Origin: Elsinoe ampelina
Lineage: Eukaryota
DNA: 64,000 nucleotides
Direction: 5' to 3'
NCBI GenBank assembly: GCA_010093995.1
Contig: ML992506.1
Location: 492,832-556,831, forward strand
Shown: positions 39,126 through 51,277 of the stretch, one piece after another
How positions within the stretch are numbered: position 1 is the first letter of the stretch
How the letters are laid out: every line of letters starts with the position of its first letter
The notes under the pieces: model-generated
The model's input: the letters and a program-made list of their open reading frames with translations, nothing else
What the model was told of the DNA's origin: nothing
Databases searched by the model: none
Position numbers and translations under genes: made by a program

Positions 39126-39869
39126 ATGGCCGTCGCTGTACGTCCTCCACCCCTCCACCACCCCAATTGACACCCTGAAGCACCCACTAACCCTTCCCTC
39201 TAGCGCAGCGCCGCCTCCAAACTCGACTGGACCCGCCTGGGCACCCAACTCGGCCTCAAAGGCGCAACCCTCGGCTCCCTGACGGCCTTCAAAAAGCGCA
39301 ACGACGACGCGCGCCGCCGGGTCCAGATCCTCTCTGAACAACCCACGACCGTCGACTTCGGGCACTACCGCAGCGTGCTGAAGAACAGCGCCATCGTGGA
39401 TGAGCTGGAGAAGCAGCTGAGCGGTTTCGCGGTGAAGAAGTACGATGTGGGCAGGCAGCTCAAGGCGATCGAGGCGTTTGAGGCGCAGGCGGTGAAGAGC
39501 GCCGAGGAGACCAAGGGACTGGTGGAGAGCGAGTTGAAGGATTTGGAGAAGACGTTGGAGAATATCCAGGGGGCGAGGGAGTTTGAGGAGTTGACGGTGG
39601 TATGTATATTCTGTTCCCTGGGGAGGGTTGAGGGAGGATGGGGTGGGGTTGTGTGCGGTTGGGACAGGTGATTGGGAATGTATGCTGACTTTTGAATAGG
39701 AGGAGGTTGTGGCTGCTCGTCCGGATATTGACGACAAGGTCTCTCAGCTTGTTGCAAAGGGTCGCTGGGACGTGCCTGGCTACAAGGTAAGTGGTCTGAC
39801 ATATATTGATTCAAGATCGGACGCTGACATATTCTGTAGAACAAGTTCGGCGACCTCTCCGTCTTGTAG
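39126..39869 (+). CDS. ATP7: ATP synthase subunit d, mitochondrial (4 exons)
   Basis: MAVA / RSAASKLDW...[11 protein letters not shown]...[12 protein letters not shown]...[15 protein letters not shown] / ...[10 protein letters not shown] / NKFGDLSVL*. Confidence 0.95.
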
Positions 39870-41032
39870 ACGACCCGTCTACTTGTCCATGTATTTAGCG
39901 TCAAAGGGCTTGCTGCCTGAATAGACTTGTTCGAACACATTAACCGCTCCTCTATAATTGACTTTGTGCATGCTCGAAAGGGTTGTTGCTACTCATTCGT
40001 GACATGCAGTCGTCTTCAAACTTACTTCAAGAGCTACTCAATGCTGTGTATGGCAGTCTATGTATGGCTGCTTCCGGGCTGCGTCAGCTGTGTCTGGATG
40101 CAGAGCTTCACTGTTCACTGCACAATGCATAGCACAATGATGTCAGACAAGGCACACTGCATAGATGTCGATCCGACGGTCTACTGGGTGAGCTTCAAGC
40201 TCCCCCAGGGCTTAGTTGTGCCGCATGAGTTAGAGAATTGGAATATCGGGTGCGCAGTCAGCAAAGCTCATGGCTCCTCTCTTCTGTGCAGTCATTGTCC
40301 TGTGCTACGTTCAATAGGTCGTCGTTCTTCTAGATATCGCTACGCTGAGGTTGAATCCTTAGTCAGTGTTCACAGCAATGGACGGTCAGTGTATCTACGA
40401 AGTCACACGCGGCGAAATCAAAGAGCTGTGGGAATACGATCTTCTTCACAAAAACTTGCATTCTTCCGCATCGACAATAGCTCCAAATGAGCCACGGGTA
40501 TCTAGCTTCGCAAGGAACGACTATCGTACATGAAAATCTCGCTGCCTCAAACCCCGCAGCAATGTAGTCGGGAAAGTGAATGCGGTGTCTTGCAATGAAA
40601 TCAGAACCATGCTCGTCCTCCTTAACATTATCCTTGATCCTTCGAGACATGTAGTTGTTGCGACGTCGTGTGAGTCGCAACCGTGGTGTGATGTTTGGTA
40701 CTTTGGTCCGTCCATTTACAATCTTGTGGGATGAAAAGAGTTGTCCTAGTTGAACAGGAGACCCCCTCTGTAAGGAGAGATTGGCGGTGTATCCGCTCCG
40801 GGCGGTGAAATATGCAAACAAGAGATGCGTTTGTGAGACCAGTAGAGATGAAATCGCGAAGTGGTATCGTGCGCAGATGGGGTATATAGCGAGTGACTGA
40901 TAAGCAGAGGAATCTAGCGAGTGGCCGAGCCCATCATGGGTCTCATTATTGGTGTAATATAGTACAGACGAAAGGTGGCGCCGCTGAAGAAGACATGCAT
41001 CGGCAACGAGGTTGATGGTGGAATGGTAGTCA

Positions 41033-42144
41033 TCACGAAGAGAAGCCGCCCATTTCTGGAGTGTGGCATCCTCGTTCGTGGCGCTTCATGTTGCTGCGAA
41101 CACTGAAGGCTTTACCGCAGCCAGGGTGAGGGCACTTGAATGGCTTCTCACCGGTGTGGCTATGGCTGTGGATCTTTAGGCTGCTTGGTCGGGAGAAAGC
41201 CTTCTTGCAAGTCGTACAAACGTATCGATCCTGGACACTGAGAAATGGCTGGTTGGCCGCGCTGAGATAGTGGTGATGTTCCCATGGGTTGGCGGTCGCG
41301 ATAACTCCAGGAGGTAGCATGGGAGCTGCCATGACTGCAGGATGGAAGTTGGAGGGGAGCGGCCGTTGTTGGTACATGCCAGTTTGGTAGACGGCTTCTG
41401 GAGAGTAGCTGTATCCACTGGAGACTGAAGCTGGTGAGGCCATGTATGGAGGCATAGCATATGGAGATGCTGAGTACACTGCCTGGTGTGGATGGGGTGC
41501 CTTTCCCATGTGCATACCTGGCAGGTAACCTCGTTGCTGGTTGGGATCGATGTTGTTCATCGACACACCCAAACCGTGTGAAGGTCCAGAGAAAGACGAG
41601 TGAGAAGATATGGTCGATGGACTCTGCACAGCTTCAGGCATCGAATCAGCTCGCATCGGAGGGGTTGGCGGCAGTCCAGCCTTTTGCATATGATCGCCGT
41701 TCATGTTGATCGAGTCCGGGTTGTAGCGTCCAGAAGTGCTGTCGACAGGTGTAGGCTGTTGAGCAGCTGGCGAAACTTTCTGCGATGGGCTTCCTGTGTA
41801 ACGAATCAGTCATTCCGATCCTAAACACATTACCACCTCATCTTGTACTCACGACTTTCCGAAGGTGACTGTGAGGTTTTCTCGCCGTCTGCAATCCCGA
41901 GTAGGTTTGAGATTGACGGGAGAGATGGCTTATTCGGATCCTCTGGTGGTGTCGGCACGTGGGTCGGTGAGTCTGCTGCGACTGCTTGTGCTTGTTGATA
42001 ATGCGAATAGTCGGTGTGTCTGCCGTGACCCATTACAGTCGAGTTCATGGCCGAAGTTGCGATTGGCGTTCGCAGGTCGTGGTATTGAGCATACTGCAAC
42101 GCTGGGTTATAGCTGTGGACAGGCATCATGCTTGCGACCTCCAT
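41033..42144 (-). CDS. mtfA: C2H2 zinc-finger transcription factor, MtfA-like (2 exons)
   Basis: QDRYVCTTCKKAFSRPSSLKIHSHSHTGEKPFKCPHPGCGKAFSVRSNMKRHERGCH; LPSISNLL and LPPTPP motifs; HHHY before the fingers, as remembered for Aspergillus MtfA. Confidence 0.8.
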
Positions 42145-45100
42145 CCTGAATTAAGAAGGCTAGGTATACAAGAGGATGACAAAAGAAGCAGAAGAAGAGA
42201 CAGGTGGGTTTGTCAGGCCCTCGAAATGCCACAGAGGGCCAACTAAGATGCTTCTGACTCTCTCCCAGGAACTGCGATGGGAGTGGATGATCAGCAGAAC
42301 GAGAGAGGAATCCGACGATCGATCAACAAAAGGGCACCAACTAGGGGGACGGGAGTGGGAGCGGCATGAGGTCAATCAATATACAACCCACCCAGGCCCC
42401 GGCAGAATGCGGGTACAACTAACTTGGCTACAGTGACTGCGACTCAGAGGGCAGACAATATCGCTTCAGATTGGGCAGGACGGGGAGACGTGCCACCAGA
42501 CTCGACAGGCGGCTCTGCTCAATCTCTGCCTCTGCACAAGCCAATTCACCTCGAGGTCCTACCGCACAATCAATGCACACGAGCTCAGGAAACTAGGACC
42601 AGACAAGCGTGGTGCCTGAGCAGTGCGCAGAAGCCGAAAAGGTACGCAATCCCTGCTGGCAATCAATTCTGCACTCGTGCGGGCGGACCGCTGTTGGCTG
42701 GCACTCTAATGGCACGGACAGCTGGTCCTACGGGAGACGAGGCGCAGGATCTGCCCGTCTCTAGCGGTGATGCGATGGCGATCGGCGACACTGCACCAAG
42801 CATTCGACCGTCGACGAGCGTGACGAATAGATGCTTCGCTTAATCTCCAACTGCACTTTCCATCTCCCTGGCGCATCTACTTTACCACCGTCCGGTATCG
42901 ATTTCACAAGCTGGGGACGATGCGTCCGGTCAACAACTACGCCATGGGAATCCATATGCGTGCTGCAGTGCCAGTGATACCGCCGTAAGCACATGCGCTA
43001 TTAATCACCCTAGCAGCCTGTAGGCCATCCTTTTTGCTTCTGCGGGTCCCGGAGTTTTATCCAAGCAGATGCACATCTGACTCTGCTTGCTCCTCTCATG
43101 TCAGGCCATCGTTCGATGTGACGCCTCCAGCTGCACTCGAAGAGCCTACGGGGAATCCTCGTATCCTGGGCTCCTTTGGTGGGCCTCCATCATCCACAGT
43201 GAGTAGTCGCGACGTCCAGTTGAAACGCTGGCCAGGATCACCTGTTCATGTAACGGACACAACGGCAACAAGGATCCTTTCTGGATCTGCTTCCCAAGGC
43301 GTCAGGCTGGGACCCAACAAAGACCCTGAAGCTGAGGGGAAACAAGATGTGACTAGGGAAAGCAAAGACCCATCTGACAGGTGCATCAAAACGAAAGACG
43401 CGGGCTGCGTATCATTCGAGTTATTTCCCTGACTCGATTTAACTTGCGTGTGGCTTGAAGCAATAGACGCACAGTCCAGCAGTCCGCGAGCTTCAGCCGG
43501 CGCGGTGGATAACGAGCGACCGGGAGGCTTGCTCTCAGATCATCACCGGCCCCTTGATCACGGGCATGAAACTTATCTGGGGGATTTGACAGTGGCTGTC
43601 TTCTCTAGAAGTCCGCTAGAATCTGGCTCGTAGGAAAGTGCACCGGACCAGCCACGTCCGGTGCTCATTAGAAGCAGAGTTTGCTCACTCCCAACTACGG
43701 GACGTGTTCCAATATTTGCTGCCCTGATAGCTGGACAAAGCAATTGCCTGTTAGAGCTCTGTGGACCGTCGCTGCATACAAGGCGACCAAAGCCAACCAC
43801 ATCTCCGCTTTCTGGTCCAGCCGTACCGCTTGGTGCTTGCTCCCTAGCTATTCAGGGACAAAGATATGACGAGGGCATGTTTTAAGCGAGGTCCCTCGAG
43901 CGTTCGTCTCTCGAAAGGATGCAAAGACATCTACGATGCGATCGTTCAGGTCGCGCTGGGGAAGGACTGCGGTCGGGAATGACAGCATCAGATCAAGGAT
44001 CCCTGTTCATCTCTCATGCTTGTCGTGCATCCTGGCGCGGCAAGCCATGCAGAAGATCGACGGCCACGCGAATGTGTTGAAGATCAGTCGATCACGAACG
44101 GTAAATCTTGCTGGATACGCTAGCGGCGATAGCAAAGACGCCAAATCGACTGCCTGCAGCACACCCGCAAAAAGGCTCTGGTTCGCCCTGGCGCCAGACC
44201 TCACCGTAACTCTGGAGAAGAAAGCTGTCATCCAATGCTTGACTTTGGCGCACCTGCATGCCTCGGTCCCCCATACCTTCCAGCTCTTCGCTCAATTTGG
44301 TTCGCTATTTATGCACGTTGCCGCAGAAAATTTTCATCCAATCAGGTATTTGGAGGAATAGGATAATTCTGGACTCGGCGTGTCTGGTCACGAGTCCTTC
44401 CATTACACTGTTTCCAGCCGTCTCATGCACCCCTCGATTACGACGACCCGAGTCTTTTAGTGCCATCCAGATCAGCCGCGCGATGGGGGAGGAAAGTATA
44501 CCCTCGTACTGGACATGGAGATCTCGATAGATGAGGAGAGTGTCGCACCAAATGACGTCCTCGACAGCAGCAACAACTTTGGGGACTGCTCTCCGCGCAG
44601 GATTTTGGCTCTGACGATTCAGCCCGCAGCCGATGGATCCGGTGTCGCTTTCCCAGGCCCACGTCGTTCCACACTATGATCGTCCACTTGACAGGTCACG
44701 TTTGCCCTCTGTCCCGTCTGGAGCTTCCTGCAAGAACGGCAGGTCCTCATCAGACCTGAGCTGATTGCACACCGTGCACGACGCTTTGGCACAGATCCAC
44801 AGCCTGCTTGTCGCTCCCGACCCTCCCGTGATGATCCCAGCTCGCGGTGTGCGAAGCAAAAGACCCTGGTCAAAGAATGGTTGACCAGCTCGCTGCAAGA
44901 TGAGCATCCCACAATCTTGCATCCCACCTCCCCAAAGACCGGAACTTCCCAAGCCGTTGACGCGTGAAGAGCCCTCATGCCTTTTCATGGAACAATGGTT
45001 TGTTGCAGCGGATGAAATTTCCACCAATTGGAAACATCATCTTTCCACATTTTTGACAACAAGCGCACCAATCCTTGTGTGGCAATGCAGGACAGACAGG

Positions 45101-45169
45101 TGGAGTTGGCTGACATGTCGCTGTTCCAAGCATCCTCCTGTAAAGTGGGACACACCGCATGAAACTCTA

Positions 45170-45211
45170 ACGTCTGCCCCGGGGATCTGGCCATCCCCTA
45201 GAACTGGCCAC
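45170..45211 (+). repeat. Left terminal inverted repeat (42 bp)
   Basis: ACGTCTGCCCCGGGGATCTGGCCATCCCCTAGAACTGGCCAC. Confidence 0.97.
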
Positions 45212-45299
45212 TTTAGGGTTAACCCTATCTGCAGCCAATCGGAGAGCGTGATTTTGCCCCGAGACTAGTCCAAAATAGTGTTCTTAGATTTCTATCTTC

Positions 45300-47472
45300 T
45301 TCTAAGCTTTATTACACCTAACAACTACCTTTTCTAATAGTTCTAGCTATCTTAATTAAATGTAAAAAGTAGCTTAAAGAGGCTATACATAAATATTATT
45401 ATTAGAAAGGTAAGATATTAAAAAAAGAGCTTAAATAGCGCTTTCCTCTCGTTACTAGATAAACTCTTACTTATTATTTAAGAGAATTATATAAGTTATA
45501 TATAATAAGCTATTCTTATTAGTAGCGCCTTATACTAGCATAAGAGAATACTCTAATTAAGTTTATTTACTTCCTATCCTTTAATAGCTTTAATCTAAAT
45601 AATTACTAGCTTAATTAGTACACTAGTTACTTACTTAAATTCTTAACTATCTAACTAGTATATATACTTTCTACCTCTATTAGTAAGTACTAGTATATCT
45701 ACTTTAAAGAGCGCTATCTAGAGATCGATCTCTAGCATTGTCTAGCTATAGATAGTAATAGATTAGAAGAGCTTAGTAACACTAAAAAGGTAAAGGCTTA
45801 GTTTAAGTTAGTAATATACGCCTTTAAAGTCTTTAATATTAAGCCTTATAATACTTATAATATAGACGAGATTAGCTATATACTTAGTTAATTACTTTAT
45901 AAGTGAATCTAGATTATAAGTAATAATAAGTATAAGTTCTTTTTATATTAATCTAGTAACTATAAGTAGGCTATAGCTATTAAGACTCTAAGTGTTATTA
46001 GCTATATAGTACTACTAATATTTATCTTAAAGAGTTAAACTATTTAAGATAGCTAGTTTAATAACTTAATTAATTTACTAGAGAATTTAATATACACTAA
46101 TACTATAATTAATACCTCTCTAACTAGCTAGACAAATAATAAGATTACTATTAAGTAGTTAAGGAATTACTTTATCTTCTTTATATAGCCTCTTAATAAG
46201 TAAGAGAGAAAGGTAAAAGAGAAGAATCTTAATTAAAACTAGTATTTACTTCTCTTTAATAGTTATTACTTACACCTTATACTAAAGTTTATCTAATTAG
46301 TTTAGAAGTACTATATTACTCTATTAAAGCTTCTAGTATATACCTTGTACTTTCTTTAGCCTTTTAATATTACTATATTTACTAGTTTAAAGTGTAAATA
46401 TTAAGGTAAAGTTTACTAGATTATATATAAGAGAGTTTAATAGATTAGTAAGCACTACTTTATTAAGGCTTACATTAATTACTATAATATAGTCTTTAGT
46501 AGTAATAGCTAGATAAAAGCCTTTAAAGTTACTAGTATATAGCTAAATAATCTAGCACTAGTTCTCTATTAAATTTAGCACTATTTACTCTTTTAATTAA
46601 CCTCTTAATTAACCTCTTAATTTACCTCTTAACCTCTAGATTTAGAGGCGAATTTAGTCTCTTAATTAAGTACTTAATCCTTATAAAATTTAACTCTAAA
46701 TTTGTAGTTAAATTTATAGTTAAATTTTGTAGAGATTTTAACCTTCTTCTTTATAGCTTTTACTTCTCTTCTAGCTACCTCTTTAAGGCGCTCTAACTCC
46801 TTATTAAGTAATAGTATACTAATTAAATTAGCTAAGTAGTTTAACTAGAGGCTTAAGTAACTCCTTAATAATTAGTAGTATACTAAGTATAGTTTAGCTA
46901 GCTATTAATAAGCTTCTTAATCTCTTTTTAAAGCTATAAAAGTAATAGAGAAGAAGGTAGATATTACTAAGAAGAAGATAAAGCTCTTAAAGGGGAAGTT
47001 ACTTAGTATTAATAAGCGTACTAAGAAGAAGAATAAGCGTTAGTATAATAGTACTAGTTATCTATCTAGTAGTACTTTAATTAGTATTAAAAGAGTAATA
47101 GAGTAAAGAGATACTAATAAGGAGATAAAGGAGACTTACTATATTAAGAATACTACTTATAAGTATAAAGTTAACCTTAGTAAGTAGATTTAAGTCTTAA
47201 AGAAGTCTACTAAGTATCTCTTAGCTAAGTATCTAAAGTGCCTCTACCTTTTATAACTTAAAGAGAATTATAAGTAATCTAAGCTAGACTATAATACTAC
47301 TAAGAAGAGTTACTCTAAGTTATAAAAGCGCTATAATAGATTAAAGAGTAAGAGTAAGAGACTATTAATACTAGAGTATAATAGCCTTAAGATAGATAAG
47401 ACTAATACTACTATATAGATTAATAAGCTACTACTAGAGATACTACTAGAGTTACTACTAGAGATAAAGGAG

Positions 47473-47504
<32 letters not shown>

Positions 47505-47506
47505 CT
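45300..47506 (+). pseudogene. RIP-degraded DDE-type transposase (boundaries approximate)
   Basis: YNIDE at 45856-45870 (from YNMDE); LLFNSYYLH at ~46250 (from LLFDGHxSH); LLVYTLYFL*PFN at ~46330-46370 (from LPxHTSHxLQPxD). Changes are mostly C>T/G>A; many TAA/TAG stops. Confidence 0.88.
47472..47501 (+). repeat. (GAA)10 microsatellite inside the transposon
   Basis: Directly visible trinucleotide run. Confidence 0.9.
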
Positions 47507-47861
47507 AAGCTATTACTAATACTCTTTATAATACTTAATTTTAGTAAATTATTATAAATCTAGCGCCTTAAGAGGTTAGAGATAGCTAAAGCACTTAGTA
47601 TATAGTACTATATAACTAAAGGATATAAGGAAGCAATTTTGCACTATATAATAGGTTGTTTAGCGCTTTCTAAGGTCTTAATTATAAGCTAAAAACACTA
47701 ACTCTAAGCCTTAGCCTTATTTACCTCTATACTAGCAACAATAATTTAGTTAAGTCAATTCTCACTAAAAGCTGTAAGGTATGCCAAGATATACATCTTT
47801 TACCAATTCTGGCAGGTCGGCGTATCTCCGGCTGTATCTCACCGCTTTCCGGAACCAAGGG

Positions 47862-47903
47862 GTGGCCAGTTCTAGGGGATGGCCAGATCCCCGGGGCAGA
47901 CGT
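47862..47903 (-). repeat. Right terminal inverted repeat (42 bp)
   Basis: GTGGCCAGTTCTAGGGGATGGCCAGATCCCCGGGGCAGACGT, the exact reverse complement of the left TIR. Confidence 0.97.
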
Positions 47904-49071
47904 TATTCCCCATTAGACCTTAAGCACCCTTGTCTCGAATGGCAGGACACGCGTGTTCTCCTGCTCGGTTCGCCGACTGCATGCGACAACCGAAGTTGGA
48001 CAGAGCACGATTCCTGAAGAGCGCCGAACGCATCAGGGTCTCTTCGACCAAGACCGACGACATGCCCACGCACAGCAAACGAAACGCAGTCTGGATCTCA
48101 AAACGAGGGCTGGCCAAGCGTCGAAATCTTGCAACGCCCCCATATCCGCCACGAGATATATTGAGGTGCAGCGCTCTGGCACCGCGCCAGTGGTACCTCC
48201 CCAAGACCTAACAGGCAGTTGGACTCTCTGGCTGATTTGCATGATCTCCCGCCGGCTCAGTCTTCGTCAGACGTACGAGGCCCGCCGGCGTGGCTGGCGA
48301 GGATCTCGTGGCCATGCTTCGATCTCGGGCCTACCGTGAGCGACGTCATGGAGCTCCGCCAGAGATCACCACCGCAATTTCACTACGTGGCCCTGAAATA
48401 TCGTGTCCGAAACATGTCCTGAATCGACTGATCGGCCGGGATATTCAACCTTGTTCCCTAACTGCTGCGCTCGCTAATTCGAGAACAGCGTTTGGCATCT
48501 CGGTGGAATGCTTAGCCGCACGCAAGCGCTGGCCACTGCATACTGTAGCACACTCATGATTGATGTCCTCACAGATGTCGCCCACAAATTCGGCATATCT
48601 CTTGTGCTACTGAAAACACGGCTCAGACATCCAGCCTCCGTAAGTACGCGAGAGCGGGTTCTGACATTGTCTTATTTGATTGATATGAGCATCTACTTCC
48701 GCCACAACTGCATCCGAACGTGCATAGTCAGCTTTGGACAGTTCGTGACTGTAACATCTCACTAGGCGCTTCACCTCACTGGTGCGCAAGCGGATAGGTC
48801 AGAACTGCACCAAAACAAGGGGGCTTATTCATGCGCTTTGACTTCAGGCGGCGGCGTAATGGGCGATTCGCCCTGCTGTGCCGCAGAGCAAGCGCTGAGC
48901 CATGATGGACGTGTTTGAGCTGAGAGACCTTTTAAGGATGAGGTGTCGTCCAACGAGTCCCTCAAATTGCTCTCGGTTTGAATTCTTCTCGGGGAAGAGA
49001 GTAACGACTCCAAAGAACGACCGTCCCGTGCTCTCATAGCACTCCGCCACATTCAGCACTGGTCCAGGGCA

Positions 49072-49488
49072 ATGGCATATCTCACACTCAAACTCGCGGC
49101 ATACCATCGAGGGATGGATGTATATGAGCGTGTCAGGCAATACCATTGGTCCTTCTTCATCGTCACTTCTATCGAAGCACATACATATGGCATCGCCCAT
49201 CAACTCAGAGGAATGCCTGGTGCCTTCTTTTATCGAGGACCTGAGCCCGGCGTGGCCCTGGATAAGTCGTCCATGCTCAAACACGAGTTGGACGTCGGAG
49301 AAATCGAGGCATCGAAGATAGACAGGGTACACGAGATATTGAGCACGGTTTCCATAGATCAGGTCGAGTCATCTGGTTGGAATTGTCAAAATTGGGCTAT
49401 CGACGGATTTCTCAAACTGCAACAGGAGGGTCTGGCGTACGATCATTTGACCGTTGAGCAAATCAAGAACTGGTTTAGAGAGGCTTGA
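49072..49488 (+). CDS. Small hypothetical protein, possibly DUF6540-like
   Basis: 138-aa ORF with a YHWSFFI...HQLRG...WNCQNWAIDGFLKL pattern. Confidence 0.65.
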   Translation: MAYLTLKLAAYHRGMDVYERVRQYHWSFFIVTSIEAHTYGIAHQLRGMPGAFFYRGPEPGVALDKSSMLKHELDVGEIEASKIDRVHEILSTVSIDQVESSGWNCQNWAIDGFLKLQQEGLAYDHLTVEQIKNWFREA

Positions 49489-49540
49489 TGCATAACAGAG
49501 GGCGGAAGAGGTGTGAAGTGGCTGGAGATCGGTCGTCAAT

Positions 49541-50275
49541 TCAGAACATTTCGATATCCCTATCCGCATGCATAACATCTGGGAATGCTTGTGTGACCTG
49601 TCGCACCACATTCTCCCACCAAACTTGATGCCTCCATCCTGACAATGCTTTGCTGTACTCCCACCATTCCGGCCAAAAGCCCGCCATCTCCCAGTCCAAG
49701 ATCCCAGTGATCGTGTTTGTACTCGGGTCCACCATGATGTGCTCCCAAGAGAGATCGGCGTGGGTATACTGGACGGCGCAGTCGTCAGGTAGCACGACTC
49801 GGTACTTTGCCACAATCTTAGCATGGGCATGTTTGGCGACGGGTTCGATCAAGAAGTCATGGAATTCGCGAACAGAGTTGAAAGGACCGCAGCACATATG
49901 AGCGCCCAGTCTGTGATCGTATACTTGGCCTCCCGAGCAAGATGAAATCGTCCCGTGCTGCGGTGGTTGCAATGCGTGAAGTTCGTCAAGGTGGCGGCGA
50001 AGTTGAGTCGTCACACCTTCCTGCGCATCTTTGTCCATCTGCACCCAGGCCTTGTCCAAGGCGATGCCCGGGACCCTTTGCAGCAGAATCCAGCATTCGT
50101 TGCCCTTGGCGCCCTTTGGAGCATGGATCTCGTGAACTGTGGGGACCGGTATCGATGTGTTCTCTCGCACAAACGTCATGGCCTCGACTTCTCTTTGAAG
50201 CTGCTCGGGACGGCCATATTTTCTCAAGCCCTCCCCACCGCTGTCTTCAACACGATGCAGCCGAGCTGGAGCCAT
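49541..50275 (-). CDS. APH/choline kinase-like phosphotransferase
   Basis: EVEAMTFVRENTSIPVP, THADL, ITGILDWEMAGFWPEWWEY. Confidence 0.85.
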   Translation of the reverse strand: MAPARLHRVEDSGGEGLRKYGRPEQLQREVEAMTFVRENTSIPVPTVHEIHAPKGAKGNECWILLQRVPGIALDKAWVQMDKDAQEGVTTQLRRHLDELHALQPPQHGTISSCSGGQVYDHRLGAHMCCGPFNSVREFHDFLIEPVAKHAHAKIVAKYRVVLPDDCAVQYTHADLSWEHIMVDPSTNTITGILDWEMAGFWPEWWEYSKALSGWRHQVWWENVVRQVTQAFPDVMHADRDIEMF

Positions 50276-51277
50276 GTGTAATTGTATCAGACTTCCGGCT
50301 TGTCCGATAGTGACATGTGTGGATCAAGCTAATGCGCAGGATATGTCGTTGATGCGACGAGTCTTGGCCGCTGTGAGCTTGACACACTCGGGTGCTACAT
50401 CTGAACTCAAAAATCAGTCCTGACTGATGCTCGTCGCACAGTTCAAGGGTTCGAGCGTACACTTGGAGTGTTGCTGATCGTTGCATGCACTAGTGAAATG
50501 TCAAGACGTGCATCAATATCAAGGTCGACTTGAATTTCTGAACAGTGCCAGGGAGCCAAGCCCCGTCCCGCCGCCCCCACCCCACCCCCCTCCAAACCAA
50601 CCACTCACCCCACCCCGATCCCCCGGCCCGTCTCAGACCCGCGAATGATCGACTACACTCCCGCCCACGATCGCGAGGCTGATTTCTTCACCTTTTTCAA
50701 GAACCCCTCTCACGCGCTTCGATGCCAGGCGATCTGAAAGGGGTCTGTGGGGATCATGCATGAGGTTTGCCCATGCGGGAGGGTGTCATTGATGAGGCGT
50801 TCATGCAGGGTTTGAGGTGGGGGGATGTGCGGTGAGGCTGCTGTGAGGGTCTGGGCCTGGCGATTCAGAGAGAGAGGGAGGGGGAGGGGGTTTGTAATGC
50901 TTAGGAATTGAAAGGTGCGTTGTTGAGTGTTAGGTGGGCTGGGCTGGGCAGGGTCTGGAAGGGACTGGGGAGGTCTCTTGGGCGATGGTGAGGTTAGGGA
51001 GGGTCATTGGAGTATGCTGGGTAGTTCATATACACAACATAACGTTGAGGTGATGTGGTGCTATTACCAGGATGTGAGTCGAGGTACAAGAGGGAGAAGC
51101 TACTGGGTCGAACAGTATGTTTGGCAATATTCATGCTCCGTGATATATTACCGCAGATGGCAGCCTCCATAACAGCATGCTTGCGTTACGAAGAAGCTGA
51201 AGCAATATGGTCCTCCCGTGAAAGCAACGCCATCTATGCCATGTCTCATCTAGCTCTGGTACGAGCGCACACCTCCT

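Larger units (their letters stand above)
45170..47903 (+). mobile_element. Full-length pogo/Fot1-type (Tc1/mariner superfamily) DNA transposon, RIP-inactivated
   Basis: Perfect 42-bp TIRs starting ACGT; TA on both sides (45168-45169, 47904-47905); AT/TpA-rich interior with transposase remnants. Confidence 0.95.

Noticed and set aside
45213..45227. Telomere-like TTAGGGTTA within the palindrome TAGGGTTAACCCTA
   Set aside because: Only about 1.5 repeat units, inside the transposon subterminal region; not a telomere or a telomerase RNA template context.
47920..48800. Overlapping short ORFs right of the transposon (possible disrupted gene)
   Set aside because: Could not join them to frames left of the insertion or recognise any domain.
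48815..48830. ACAAGGGGGCTTATTC resembling the RNase MRP/P CR-V motif
   Set aside because: No matching CR-I (GAAAGTCCCC-like) sequence found upstream.
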